A stretch of DNA of 64,000 nt from assembly GCA_039630575.1 (NCBI GenBank), contig JBCNUW010000006.1, forward strand, positions 13,780-77,779. Reading direction: 5' to 3'. The notes beneath the pieces were generated by a model, which saw only the letters and a program-made list of their open reading frames with translations, was not told the origin of the DNA and searched no databases. The stretch is from Candidatus Hydrothermales bacterium. GTDB taxonomy: Bacteria > Hydrothermota > Hydrothermia > Hydrothermales > JAJRUZ01. A program made the translations under genes and the position numbers. Below, one piece after another: positions 18,285 to 28,259 of the stretch; the stretch's first letter is position 1; every line of letters begins with the position of its first letter.

Positions 18285-19681
18285 CTTAATAAAATCCCCA
18301 TTGAAAGCCAGAAAAAGGCTCCCTGAAAGTATGTAACTATCCATTGCCCCATAAATATTGAAACAAAGCCTATCCACAGAGCAAGCATAATCCTGTCCTG
18401 TCTGTAGACTACCAATTTTAAAAATCCTTTAATAACTACATAAAAAGCTAAAAACATGAGACTTAAAAATCCAAAAATTCCACAAGAGTAAAGCATTGAA
18501 AAAAAAGTACTTTCAATATGTAAGGCATATCCTCCAAACCTTCTTGATGCTAAAGTTGAAACTCCTATACCATGTCCAAATGGATTTTTTAGCATATTTA
18601 TAAAGGCGTTCCTCCATAACTTTAAACGGTGAACAAAAGATGAGCCTTTAGCTGCTGGATCAACAATTCCCTGTAAAAAGTGCTCAACGTACACAGGGTT
18701 TACCCCCACTATTCTTAAATTTAACTCCTGAAGTGATGTTCCTGAGATAAAATTAATGAGGATTAAAATAAAAAAATAGTATAAAAAAATAGTAGGCAAA
18801 ACCCTTTTTGAAATTTTAAAAATTATAAGGAGAGGAGACAAGAAAAGGAATACAAAAGGACCAGCCCTTACATTGACGTAAAAACTAGCTAAGGCATATA
18901 TAAAAAGCCTTATAAGAGTAAATAAGATACCTGGAGACAACTTGCTCATTGCAATCTCTATTAATGCTACTGTTGCTAAGAAAAGGGAAAACTCATTTGG
19001 ACTTGGAAAGAAAGAAAAAGGTCTTATCCTGTTGCCAAGGAAAAGTGAATGCATTCCTGAATTTTTTGCCCAAAGAACTTCAAAATCAAAAAAACCTTTG
19101 TGAAATTGGTAAATAGCATAAAGTGAAGAAATTAAAGCAAGCCATGTTAGAGTTTTAAAGAGAACTTTTAAAGTATTCCTATCTATCCCAAGTGCAACGT
19201 AAGCTAAAAGAGAAGGAACCAAAAGGAATTTTGAGCCTGTTAATCCAATCATTAAGTTGCCTTGTAAAGGGTTGAATATTTGAATGAAGAAAATTATTTG
19301 AAGAAAAAGTAAAACTTTAAAAGTAAAACTTTTTTTAAAAGTAACTAAAATTTTTTCTCTATACCTATTTAAAACTACAAGGAACATAACGATAGTAACA
19401 ACATCTGTTACAAGATATGTTGGTTCAAAAAAAGTAAAACCTTGAATTGAGAAGAGGACTCTTTTTAAAAAGGCCATAAAAACTATAAAAGAGAAAAGAT
19501 ATAAAACTCCAAATTTTATTGATGTTGCTATCGCTGCTGAAATTGAAAAGAAAAAGATTGAAAAAGGTATCCTTATATTACCCTCGGAGATACTTTTACC
19601 TGAAAAATATATGAAAAAAATTGTAAACGCTAATACTAAAAGACTTTTAAATAAAATTTTTATATGATCTCTATCAGGCAT
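18257..19681 (-). CDS. O-antigen polymerase/ligase-like (Wzy/WaaL) membrane protein, paralogue A
   Basis: IRPFSFFPSPNE, RLKLW, NPFGHGIG, HIESTFF. Confidence 0.78.
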   Translation of the reverse strand: MPDRDHIKILFKSLLVLAFTIFFIYFSGKSISEGNIRIPFSIFFFSISAAIATSIKFGVLYLFSFIVFMAFLKRVLFSIQGFTFFEPTYLVTDVVTIVMFLVVLNRYREKILVTFKKSFTFKVLLFLQIIFFIQIFNPLQGNLMIGLTGSKFLLVPSLLAYVALGIDRNTLKVLFKTLTWLALISSLYAIYQFHKGFFDFEVLWAKNSGMHSLFLGNRIRPFSFFPSPNEFSLFLATVALIEIAMSKLSPGILFTLIRLFIYALASFYVNVRAGPFVFLFLSPLLIIFKISKRVLPTIFLYYFFILILINFISGTSLQELNLRIVGVNPVYVEHFLQGIVDPAAKGSSFVHRLKLWRNAFINMLKNPFGHGIGVSTLASRRFGGYALHIESTFFSMLYSCGIFGFLSLMFLAFYVVIKGFLKLVVYRQDRIMLALWIGFVSIFMGQWIVTYFQGAFFWLSMGILLRWIDLREEF

Positions 19682-20742
19682 TTTAATGTTTCCTCGACCA
19701 TCTTTTTAGCCGTAAATAAGCTCTTATATCTTTTATATCCTTTTTCACCCATTTCTTTCATTAAGTTTTTGTTATTGTAATATAAAAGTATTTTATCACA
19801 AATGTCTTTAATATTTAAATTTGCTATTAATCCTGCTTCTCCTACTATTTCAGGTAAAGCTTCTACATTACTTATTATTACAGGTTTTTTCATAGCCATA
19901 GCCTCCACAACAACTCTACCAAATCCCTCTCTCACTCGTGGTATGTGAAGAAAAACATCACATTCTCTGTAAAAGGAAAAAATATCTCTCCTTTTCCCCC
20001 ATAAAGTAACATTTTTTATATTTTCTTTTTTTATTTTATCTATAAGTTTTTTTTTGAAATTAATCTCACCTGGATGAATTGCATCACCCACAATCCAGAA
20101 ATCAAAGTCCTTTAATTTTTTAGCACATTCAACAACAAGATCCTGAGATTTCCAGTATTGAATATTACCTACTGTTAATATCGTAAATCTTTTCTTTTTA
20201 ATCTTATTCTCCTCAATTTTATCTTGAATTTCTAGTCCATTATACACAACCTTTACTTTATTTTTAAAGGGGAAAAAATTTTTAACTGCATTTGAAACAG
20301 CAATTATCCTATCAGGGAAAATCGAAAAAAACTTAAATATATATTTTGAACTTTCCTCAGGTACATCTCTAAAGTGCCATATAAGCTTTTTTTTCTTTCT
20401 TAAAAAAAATAGAGAAAAAAGTAAATGCATCTTCATAGAATGTGTGTATATTAAATGGGGATCGAAATCACTTATGATTTCTCTCAATTTTTTTAAAATT
20501 CTGGGTAATTGACTTTTGAATAAGGGTAAAATCAGTCTTCTCTTTGTTTTCCATACTGTTGAATTTTGTAAGGGCAATATGTAAACTTTCAATCTTTTCT
20601 CTTTTGCCATTTCAGATAACTCACCTTCAGGAGCAAGAAGTGCTATTTTAAAATGCTCTTTTAAACCTAAAATGAGATCCCACATACTTTTTTCACCACC
20701 AATATGATATGGTGAATGGGTTGCAAATAGTATTCTTTTCAA
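19660..20742 (-). CDS. Glycosyltransferase family 4
   Basis: GGEKS, VYNG, EGFGRVVVEAM. Confidence 0.92.
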   Translation of the reverse strand: MKRILFATHSPYHIGGEKSMWDLILGLKEHFKIALLAPEGELSEMAKEKRLKVYILPLQNSTVWKTKRRLILPLFKSQLPRILKKLREIISDFDPHLIYTHSMKMHLLFSLFFLRKKKKLIWHFRDVPEESSKYIFKFFSIFPDRIIAVSNAVKNFFPFKNKVKVVYNGLEIQDKIEENKIKKKRFTILTVGNIQYWKSQDLVVECAKKLKDFDFWIVGDAIHPGEINFKKKLIDKIKKENIKNVTLWGKRRDIFSFYRECDVFLHIPRVREGFGRVVVEAMAMKKPVIISNVEALPEIVGEAGLIANLNIKDICDKILLYYNNKNLMKEMGEKGYKRYKSLFTAKKMVEETLKCLIEII

Positions 20743-21872
20743 TCTGGATAAAATCCCTCTTTAATTTCAAAATCTTTAAGATCTTTAAATCTCTCTAAAC
20801 TAAATTCCTTTGGTAATGGTAAGTTATCAATGATGCATTCAGCAAGAATTTCTGAAAGAGCTGGTGCTCTCATGATACCTAATCCGTTAAACCCACAGAA
20901 TAAAAATAAATTTTCAATATCCTCAACTTTAGAGACAATTGGTTTTTTATCAGGGGTTGCAAGACAGAGAAAAGCCCATCCCCCTTTTAATAAAAATTCT
21001 TCTGCACCATCTAAGATTTTGGGTAACTTTTCTGAAAGACTAAAAAGAAATTCCTCGTCGTTATAACTTTTAAAATTGTAAATATCAGACTCTTTTCTTT
21101 CTGTACCGTCTCCGATCAGTACATCTTTCTTTAACTCTTTTCTTAAATAAATACCATAACTTAGATCGTTATATATGGGTAAGTCTATTTCCCTTTTAAA
21201 TTCTAAGATTGCTGCTTGGGTTCTGTAAGGTTTTACGTTTATTTTTATATCATGTTTTTTTAAAATTTCTTTTGACCATATACCCGTTGCAATCAAATAC
21301 TTATCAAAATAAAATTTTCCTCTTTTTGTTATAAGACTTTTAACTCTATTCTGTTTTATTTCAAAGCCTTCAACTTCATTAAAGAATCTAAATTCATGAT
21401 TTTTACTTTTTAAATAAACATAGATTGAATAAAGAAGTTCACCTACATCAACATAAAGTCCATCATCAGAAACTATGTAAGTTTTTTCTTCTTTAAAAAG
21501 AGGATAGATTTTTTTTATATCTTTAAGGGTAAGAGTTTCAAATTCAATAAATTTTTTCTTCAGCAAACTCTCTATCTTAGCTTTTTCCCTATCATTTATT
21601 AGTCCTGTGACTGTTTGAAATTTTTTTAAAAATTTATACTTGCTTTTTTTATCTATCTCATCTAAGATCTTTATTGTTCTTTTTGAAAGTTCAATATCTA
21701 ACTCATCAAAAAGATGAGTAACAACAATTCCAGCACTTTTACCAGTAGTTCCTGAGGCAAGAACCTCTTTGTCGAATATTGTTAACTTTTTAGAACCAAA
21801 TTTGTCCAAGAAGTAGAGGGTCATTATGCCAGCAATACCTGAGCCGATTACACAAATTTTGTCATCCTTCAT
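20739..21872 (-). CDS. FAD-dependent oxidoreductase (DAO/sarcosine oxidase beta family)
   Basis: VIGSGIAG, SGTTGKSAG, ATGIWS, TPDKKP, GFNGLGIMRAP. Confidence 0.88.
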   Translation of the reverse strand: MKDDKICVIGSGIAGIMTLYFLDKFGSKKLTIFDKEVLASGTTGKSAGIVVTHLFDELDIELSKRTIKILDEIDKKSKYKFLKKFQTVTGLINDREKAKIESLLKKKFIEFETLTLKDIKKIYPLFKEEKTYIVSDDGLYVDVGELLYSIYVYLKSKNHEFRFFNEVEGFEIKQNRVKSLITKRGKFYFDKYLIATGIWSKEILKKHDIKINVKPYRTQAAILEFKREIDLPIYNDLSYGIYLRKELKKDVLIGDGTERKESDIYNFKSYNDEEFLFSLSEKLPKILDGAEEFLLKGGWAFLCLATPDKKPIVSKVEDIENLFLFCGFNGLGIMRAPALSEILAECIIDNLPLPKEFSLERFKDLKDFEIKEGFYPD

Positions 21873-23050
21873 GAATTTCTAAGAGCCCTATCCATATCTT
21901 TTATTATATCCTCAATATGCTCTATACCTACTGAAATTCTAATAAGACCAGGATGGATCCCAGCTTTTAAAAGTTCATTTTCATTCATTGATGAATGAGT
22001 CATTGAAGCAGGATGTTCTACTAAAGTTTCAACTGCCCCAAGACTTACTGCTTTTACACAAAGCTCTAGTGAATTTATAAATTTCATAGCTCCTTCTTTT
22101 CCGTTTTTATGAATAAAGGAAAGCATCCCAGAAAAGCCGTTTTTCATCTGTTTTTTAGCTATTTCATGCATTTCAAAATCCTCAAGTCCTGGATAAAATA
22201 CTTTCTCTACTTTCGGATGTTCTCTTAAAAACTTTGCTAATAAAAGTGCGTTATCGGAATGTGCTCTCATTCTAACTGCAAGGGTTTTTATTCCTCTCAA
22301 GGCAAGCCAGGCATTGAATGGAGAAATACAACTTCCAATGTGAGCCCTTTCTTCCTTATCAACTTCATCTAAAATTTTCTTTTCTCCAACAAGAACTCCG
22401 CCAATTAAATCCGTGTGCCCTCCCAGATATTTTGTGAGAGAGTGTATAACAATATTAGCTCCCAACTTCAAAGGTTTTTGATGATAGGGTGTTGCGAAAG
22501 TGTTGTCAACGGCTAAAATGATGTCGTTTTCCCTTGCAATCTTTGAAGTTTCTTCTATATCAATGATATCTAAGGTTGGATTAGCTGGTGTTTCTATATA
22601 TATTATTTTTGTCTTCTTATCAATTTCCTTCCTTAATTTTTTTAAAAAATCCCTTGCAGGAATACCTTTGAAATTAAAAAGATCTTTTTGTTCAAGTCTT
22701 TTAAAAAGAGAAAAAGTTCCACCATAAACTGGATCAGAATATATTACTTTGTCTCCCCTTTTTAAAATAGCAAATATTAAAGCCGATATTGCGCCCATTC
22801 CAGAAGAAAAAGCAAGAGCTTTTTCACCCATCTCAAGTTCAGATAGTGTCTCTTCGAGAATCTTTATTGTGGGATTTGAAAGTCTTGTGTAAATAAAACC
22901 TTCCTTAGTACCAAGAAATAGTTCGCCTCCTTCTTCCGCAGATTCAAAATAAAAAGTTGATGATAAATGTAAAGGTGTTGAGATATCTCTGATTTTGTAA
23001 TTTATCTTTTTACTATGCACACATATTGTTTCAAATTTTTTCTCACTCAT
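21869..23050 (-). CDS. PLP-dependent Cys/Met metabolism enzyme (methionine gamma-lyase/cystathionine gamma-synthase family)
   Basis: YTRLSNPT, FSSGMGAI, ETPANP, DNTFATP, HSLTKYLGGH (PLP lysine), AVSLG, HPASMTH. Confidence 0.92.
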   Translation of the reverse strand: MSEKKFETICVHSKKINYKIRDISTPLHLSSTFYFESAEEGGELFLGTKEGFIYTRLSNPTIKILEETLSELEMGEKALAFSSGMGAISALIFAILKRGDKVIYSDPVYGGTFSLFKRLEQKDLFNFKGIPARDFLKKLRKEIDKKTKIIYIETPANPTLDIIDIEETSKIARENDIILAVDNTFATPYHQKPLKLGANIVIHSLTKYLGGHTDLIGGVLVGEKKILDEVDKEERAHIGSCISPFNAWLALRGIKTLAVRMRAHSDNALLLAKFLREHPKVEKVFYPGLEDFEMHEIAKKQMKNGFSGMLSFIHKNGKEGAMKFINSLELCVKAVSLGAVETLVEHPASMTHSSMNENELLKAGIHPGLIRISVGIEHIEDIIKDMDRALRNS

Positions 23051-23074
23051 TTTTCCAAAATAATTTAGAGGGAT

Positions 23075-24613
23075 TTAGACCCTTTTCCAGATTTTTTCAA
23101 GTTCATATGAAATTTCGCCTAATGTGCAATTTGCTTTAACGCAATCTATTATGTAGTCCATAAGATTCTCTTTGCCCTGTGCTTTTTCTCTTAAAGTCTC
23201 TAATTTTTCTTCTAATAGCCTTTTGTCTCTTTTTTTCTTAAATTCTTTGATTCTCTTTATTTCTTCTTTTTCACCTTTAGCTTTTATCTTGAATATCTTA
23301 ATTTTCTGATCTTTTTCTGATTTAAAAGCATTGAGGCCAACTATTATTTTCTTTTTTTCATCTATACTTTTTTGTTCTAAGTAAGCATTTTCTTCAATCC
23401 ATTTTTGAAAAAGACCTTTTTCAACACACTCTGCTGCTCCTCCCCTTTCTTCAATCTCTTTTAGAAGAGAAAAAACCTCTTCTTCAATTTTTCTTGTTAA
23501 GGCCTCTACATAAAAGGAGCCACCTAATGGATCTGTTATTTCAGCAAGACCTGTTTCATAGGCAAGAATTTGCTGTGTTCTTAAGGCAATCAGGGCTGAT
23601 TCATCTGTTGGTAAAGAGAGCGCTTCGTCGAAACTGTTTGTATGTAAGCTTTGGGTTCCTCCTAAAATAGCTGCCATAGCCTGAAAGGATACTCTTATTA
23701 TGTTTAAAATTGGATGCTGTGCTTGTAGTGTAGAACCAGCTGTCTGAGTGTGAAATCTCATATGCATTGCTTTTTCGTCCTTTGCACCAAATTTTTCTTT
23801 CATTATAATAGCCCATACTCTTCTTGCAGCTCTAAACTTTGCAATCTCTTCAAAAAAATTATTATGAGAAGAAAAGAAAAAGGTTATTCTTCTTCCTATA
23901 GTATCAGGATCTATACCCCTTTCCATAGTTCCTTTTACATATTCAATCGCATCTGCTATAGTAAAAGCAACCTCCTGAACAGCATTTGCTCCTTTTTCTC
24001 TGAAATGGTATCCACTTACTGAAATAGGATAAAAATTAGGAAGGTTTTTAAGTGAGAATTCTATAGCATCTATGTTAAGTCTCATAGATTCTTTTACAGG
24101 ATAAATATAGTTCCCTCTTGCTGCAAATTCCTTTAAAATGTCATTTTGAATAGTTCCTCTAAGTTGATCTTTTGGAATACCTCTTTCTTCAGCAATTGCT
24201 AGGTAAAAAGCCAAGAGAATACACGCTGTAGCATTTATAGTCATAGAAAGAGAAATTTTATCAATATCAATATCTTTTAAAACCCTTCTCATAGATTCGA
24301 CACTCCAAATAGAAACCCCAACTCTCCCAACTTCTCCCTTTGAAAGTTCGTGGTCAGGATCTAAACCAAGTTGTGTAGGTAGATCAAAGGCAAGAGATAG
24401 ACCTGTTTGCCCCTCTCTTATCATCTTTTTAAATCTCTCATTTGTCTCTTCAGGATTGCCAAAACCTGTATACTGTCTCATTGTCCATAGTTTTTTAGAG
24501 TACATCTCCTCGTAGATAGCTCTTGTAAATGGATATTTTCCTGGTTTTAGATCACCATCTAAAAATTCGTATTTGTTAAGATCTTCCCTTGAAAAGAAAC
24601 TTTTATTTTTCAT
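23075..24613 (-). CDS. Methylmalonyl-CoA mutase, substrate-binding (alpha) subunit without B12-binding domain
   Basis: WTMRQY, GLSLAFDLPTQ, TIQNDILKEFAARG, SGYH, QSLHTN, DPLGGS. The Tyr and Arg specificity residues match MCM rather than ICM. Confidence 0.92.
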   Translation of the reverse strand: MKNKSFFSREDLNKYEFLDGDLKPGKYPFTRAIYEEMYSKKLWTMRQYTGFGNPEETNERFKKMIREGQTGLSLAFDLPTQLGLDPDHELSKGEVGRVGVSIWSVESMRRVLKDIDIDKISLSMTINATACILLAFYLAIAEERGIPKDQLRGTIQNDILKEFAARGNYIYPVKESMRLNIDAIEFSLKNLPNFYPISVSGYHFREKGANAVQEVAFTIADAIEYVKGTMERGIDPDTIGRRITFFFSSHNNFFEEIAKFRAARRVWAIIMKEKFGAKDEKAMHMRFHTQTAGSTLQAQHPILNIIRVSFQAMAAILGGTQSLHTNSFDEALSLPTDESALIALRTQQILAYETGLAEITDPLGGSFYVEALTRKIEEEVFSLLKEIEERGGAAECVEKGLFQKWIEENAYLEQKSIDEKKKIIVGLNAFKSEKDQKIKIFKIKAKGEKEEIKRIKEFKKKRDKRLLEEKLETLREKAQGKENLMDYIIDCVKANCTLGEISYELEKIWKRV

Positions 24614-24999
24614 TCTATGATATATAAAATATCACCTTTTTTTACAATTTTTCCCTCTTCTACAAAAACTTTTATAATTTTACCCTCTTTTTTTGCTTTT
24701 ATCTCATTTTGCATCTTCATTGCTTCAATTATACAGAGTGGCTCATTTTCTCTCACATTTTCGTTTTCTTTTTTAAAGATCTTAACGATTTTACCTGACA
24801 TAGGAGATAATATTTTTCCTATCTCCTCTTTCCTTTCTTTTTCTTTTTGTTTCGCTCCTTTTGTAAGTATAAAGGAACCGAAAGGAGAATATATTAATAG
24901 ATAGTTACCTTTTTCTTCTAAAAAAAAGCTTAAAAATTTGTTATTTTTAATTAATACTTTAAGCGGTGTTCCTGGCAGATCCTCTATTTTACTTTTCAT
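24610..24999 (-). CDS. Biotin carboxyl carrier protein
   Basis: SPMSGKIVK...IIEAMKMQNEI biotinylation motif. Confidence 0.92.
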   Translation of the reverse strand: MKSKIEDLPGTPLKVLIKNNKFLSFFLEEKGNYLLIYSPFGSFILTKGAKQKEKERKEEIGKILSPMSGKIVKIFKKENENVRENEPLCIIEAMKMQNEIKAKKEGKIIKVFVEEGKIVKKGDILYIIE

Positions 25000-25939
25000 C
25001 GAGTGATTGTAAATTGAGAATTGTTCCTTTATCAGATATTACTACTTTAACCTTGTCAGAAAGTTTATCAACAAAGAGATAGTTTATGTACAAGGGATTT
25101 TTCCTAAGTTCTTCACTAATTATTCTTATAGCCTCTGCTTTTCCTCTTGCCTCAATTTTTTTTCTTTCAGCTTCCTTTTTTTCTTTCTCAAGAAGATATT
25201 CCATTCTTTCTGCTTCCTGCTGAGCTATTTGTTTTTCCTCTATTGCTTTTGCAAAATCTGGTGTAAAATGAACATCTCTTAAAAAAACTGCCTCAATAAG
25301 AAAACCGTCTTTTTCAAGTCTTTTTTTCACCTTTTCCTCAATTTCTTTCTGAATTTCTTCTCTTCGAGAGGAATATATTTCTGTAACTGAATAAGAAGAT
25401 ATAGTGTGTCTGACTTCAGATCTTATCGCAGGTCTTATAACTTTTTCATTGTAATCAGGTCCAATTTCTTTATGTATCTTTATGACATTGTCTGCTGGTA
25501 TTCTAAACCAACATGTAAGATCAAGACCTATTTGAAGTCCCTCTTTTGTTGGAGACCATAAAGAGTCATCAATATCCTTTTTTTCACCTTCTCCCTTTCG
25601 GGCTGTCATTGTGTACTCCTGTCTTCTTATGTTGTAAAGGTGTGTTTTATATAAAATTCTTGGAACAAACTGTAAGCCCTCTGATTTTAGTCCGTATTTT
25701 TTTGTAAATATATTAAAAGTAATAAGGGTATAACCGATAGGGACTTGTCTAAAACTTAAAATTATGTAAATAGCGATAAAAAAGGATAAAAAGATTAATA
25801 TAATAAAAGGTGTTATTTCAATCTTTCTTACAGGCAATATTTCACCAGACTTCTCGGTTAGTACAATTTTAAAGGCAAATCTATAAAGTAAGTAAAGAAA
25901 CAGCCATATAATAATTATTACTACAATTAACTCTATCAT
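24989..25939 (-). CDS. SPFH/prohibitin (band 7) membrane protein
   Basis: TKEGLQIGLD, IRPAIRS, FAKAIEEKQIAQQEAE coiled coil, two N-terminal TM. Confidence 0.9.
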   Translation of the reverse strand: MIELIVVIIIIWLFLYLLYRFAFKIVLTEKSGEILPVRKIEITPFIILIFLSFFIAIYIILSFRQVPIGYTLITFNIFTKKYGLKSEGLQFVPRILYKTHLYNIRRQEYTMTARKGEGEKKDIDDSLWSPTKEGLQIGLDLTCWFRIPADNVIKIHKEIGPDYNEKVIRPAIRSEVRHTISSYSVTEIYSSRREEIQKEIEEKVKKRLEKDGFLIEAVFLRDVHFTPDFAKAIEEKQIAQQEAERMEYLLEKEKKEAERKKIEARGKAEAIRIISEELRKNPLYINYLFVDKLSDKVKVVISDKGTILNLQSLDEK

Positions 25940-25957
25940 TTTAAGTTATCCCTTTAA

Positions 25958-25986
25958 TTGACATTTTTAACATTTTATATTATAAT
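25958..25986 (+). promoter_or_regulatory. Perfect sigma70 promoter of the pilMNOP-glmS operon
   Basis: TTGACA (25958-63), N17, TATAAT (25981-86). Confidence 0.88.
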
Positions 25987-26034
25987 GAAAATAGCAAATG
26001 AAAGTTCAATTCTTTTTAATAAAAAAATTAATTA

Positions 26035-27075
26035 ATGATAGGTAAAAAGAAAGGCCTGTTGGGCATTGATATAGGCTCTTCAAGTATTAAAATATCACTT
26101 TTAGAAGGATCTGGTGAAAACGTAAAAGTTAAAGAGATATGGAAAACAGAGTTACCTGAGGAAGCTATAGCAGAAGGAGAGATAATTGAAAGAGATGCTG
26201 TTATAGATGTTTTGCAAAGATTTATTCAAGAAAAAAAACCATCTGTTAAAAATGTAGCTACTTTTATACCTAATCCAAGAGTTATAAGTATCAAGAGGAT
26301 AAAGATGGATAAACTTCCTCCAGAGGAGTTAAAGGAACAGATAAAGTGGCAAGCTGAACAGTATTTCGGTGTTGACCCAACTGAAATATCAGTTGACGGA
26401 GATATCGTTAATCCTGATGTAAGCGAGACAGAGGTCGAAGTTCTTCTTGTAGCAGCCAGAAATGAAGCTATCACAGACTATATACATTTAATTAAATCAG
26501 CAGGTTTTGTTCCTAAGATTATTGATGTTAAAATATTATCCTTATATAATCTTTTTGAATTTAATTATCCTGAGATTGCTAAAAATGACAGTTTAAAGGG
26601 AATTTTACATATAGGTAAAAACTTTGCCACAATTTTTTATTTTACAGATAGTGGTCCTTACTTGATCAGGGATATAAGAGCAAATTTAAAAAGCCTTATT
26701 AATTTAATGCAAGAAAGGCTTGACCTATCCTACTCTGATAGCTTACTCATCATAAAGGGAGAAAAGGATGTTCCCTCATCCTTTATCTATGAAGTTTACA
26801 GAGATTATATTTCCTCAATATCTGAAGAAATAAGGAGAACTTTTCCTTATTTAGAGAAAAAAGAATATCCTGATTTTATTTATGTTTCTGGAGGAGGAAC
26901 TCTTATCCAAGACTTTACAACAAATTTATCAGAATCTCTTGGAGTTAAGGTCGAAAGATTAAATCCCTTTGAAAGAATTGATCTACCTGAATTATTTCTT
27001 GAATTTGGTCCTAAAGAAGTCATAGGAGCATTATTTGCTCCTTCTTTGGGATTATCTTTAAGGGGGCTATTATGA
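26035..27075 (+). CDS. pilM: Type IV pilus assembly protein PilM
   Basis: GIDIGSSSIK, VLLVAA, SGGG, NPFE, LGLSLRG; followed by pilNOP. Confidence 0.93.
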   Translation: MIGKKKGLLGIDIGSSSIKISLLEGSGENVKVKEIWKTELPEEAIAEGEIIERDAVIDVLQRFIQEKKPSVKNVATFIPNPRVISIKRIKMDKLPPEELKEQIKWQAEQYFGVDPTEISVDGDIVNPDVSETEVEVLLVAARNEAITDYIHLIKSAGFVPKIIDVKILSLYNLFEFNYPEIAKNDSLKGILHIGKNFATIFYFTDSGPYLIRDIRANLKSLINLMQERLDLSYSDSLLIIKGEKDVPSSFIYEVYRDYISSISEEIRRTFPYLEKKEYPDFIYVSGGGTLIQDFTTNLSESLGVKVERLNPFERIDLPELFLEFGPKEVIGALFAPSLGLSLRGLL

Positions 27076-27662
27076 TAAAAATTAACTTATTACCACCTGA
27101 GGAAAAAATAGAAAAAAGATTTAGGATTACTTTGCCGCCTATTGGCATTTATGAAATTGCTGGAATACTTATTCTTTCTTTTTCTGTAATCTGGATCTTC
27201 ATTAATTTTTCCGCCTCCAAGGCAAAAATTGCTATGTTAAGGGCACAGATAAAAAGAGATAGTACTGAGCTTTACGCACTGAGAGAAGTTCAGGAGAAAG
27301 TAAAGGAGCTTGAGATGAAAAAGAGTGATTTTGAGAATAAGGTAAATATTGCAAAGAGGTTACTCTCAAGCATCAATACAGAAGTAATGATTCTTGATGA
27401 GTTCTCTAAGGCTCTTCCAGATTTTGTATGGATTACTTCTTTTCAACACACAGGAAGTATAATTAGAATTGAGGGTGGATCTTTTTCAAATTTATTTATT
27501 GCAGATTTTATTCAGAATTTAAAGTCTTCACCTCTTTTCGGTGAGGAAATAATACTTGAAAGGATAGATGTTAAAAAAGAAACTGAAACTGAGTATTTAA
27601 CATTCACACTTCAGGTACCTGTCACAGGTTATTTTGGAATTTTTAGTGAAGGAGGAAAATAA
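27072..27662 (+). CDS. pilN: Type IV pilus assembly protein PilN
   Basis: IKINLLP motif, TM, coiled coil, LPDFVWITS. Confidence 0.93.
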   Translation: MIKINLLPPEEKIEKRFRITLPPIGIYEIAGILILSFSVIWIFINFSASKAKIAMLRAQIKRDSTELYALREVQEKVKELEMKKSDFENKVNIAKRLLSSINTEVMILDEFSKALPDFVWITSFQHTGSIIRIEGGSFSNLFIADFIQNLKSSPLFGEEIILERIDVKKETETEYLTFTLQVPVTGYFGIFSEGGK

Positions 27663-28259
27663 ATGGATAAAAAATTAAAGTTTTTTTTAATCACAGCTTC
27701 TGTTGGAGTTGTTTTATTTTTAGTTTATTACTTTTTGATCCATACTAAAGATAAGGAGTATATTAAAAATCTTGAAACAAGACACAGTGAAATTTCAAAG
27801 GATTTAACAGCAGCAAGAATGGCAGCTGCGAGACTTCCTCAGCTTGAAATAGAGATTAAAAAACTTCAGTATCTTTGGGAAAAGGCATTGAAACTTTTGC
27901 CCCCAGAAGAAAAACCTGAAGAAGTAATTACACTACTTCAACAAAGGGGAACACAAAATAATGTTAAAATTATCAAGCTAACTAGAAACCCACCTGTTCC
28001 AATGGGAGAGTATACTGAACTTCCCTACTCACTTGAAGTAAGTGCAAATTTTCATGATCTCATTAAGTTTATCTCTGAACTTTCTACTCTTTCAAGGCTT
28101 GTAACAGTTGAAGGGATCACAATAAATCAATCAACTGATAAAGAAAAAACCTGTGGAGCTTCTTTTGTTGCTAAGTTTTATAGTGTAGGAACTTTGCCAG
28201 GTGTGTTAGGGACAACAAAGGAACCTAAGCCTGTAAGAGCAAAAGGAGCAATAAGATGA
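27663..28259 (+). CDS. pilO: Type IV pilus assembly protein PilO
   Basis: TM plus coiled coil, LLP, YTELP, FHDLIKF...LSRLV. Confidence 0.9.
   Translation: MDKKLKFFLITASVGVVLFLVYYFLIHTKDKEYIKNLETRHSEISKDLTAARMAAARLPQLEIEIKKLQYLWEKALKLLPPEEKPEEVITLLQQRGTQNNVKIIKLTRNPPVPMGEYTELPYSLEVSANFHDLIKFISELSTLSRLVTVEGITINQSTDKEKTCGASFVAKFYSVGTLPGVLGTTKEPKPVRAKGAIR

Noticed and set aside
23075..24613. Mutase as isobutyryl-CoA or 2-hydroxyisobutyryl-CoA mutase, or as a truncated pseudogene
   Set aside because: The RQY Tyr and the Arg after QNDILKE match MCM, and split alpha/B12-binding subunits are common.
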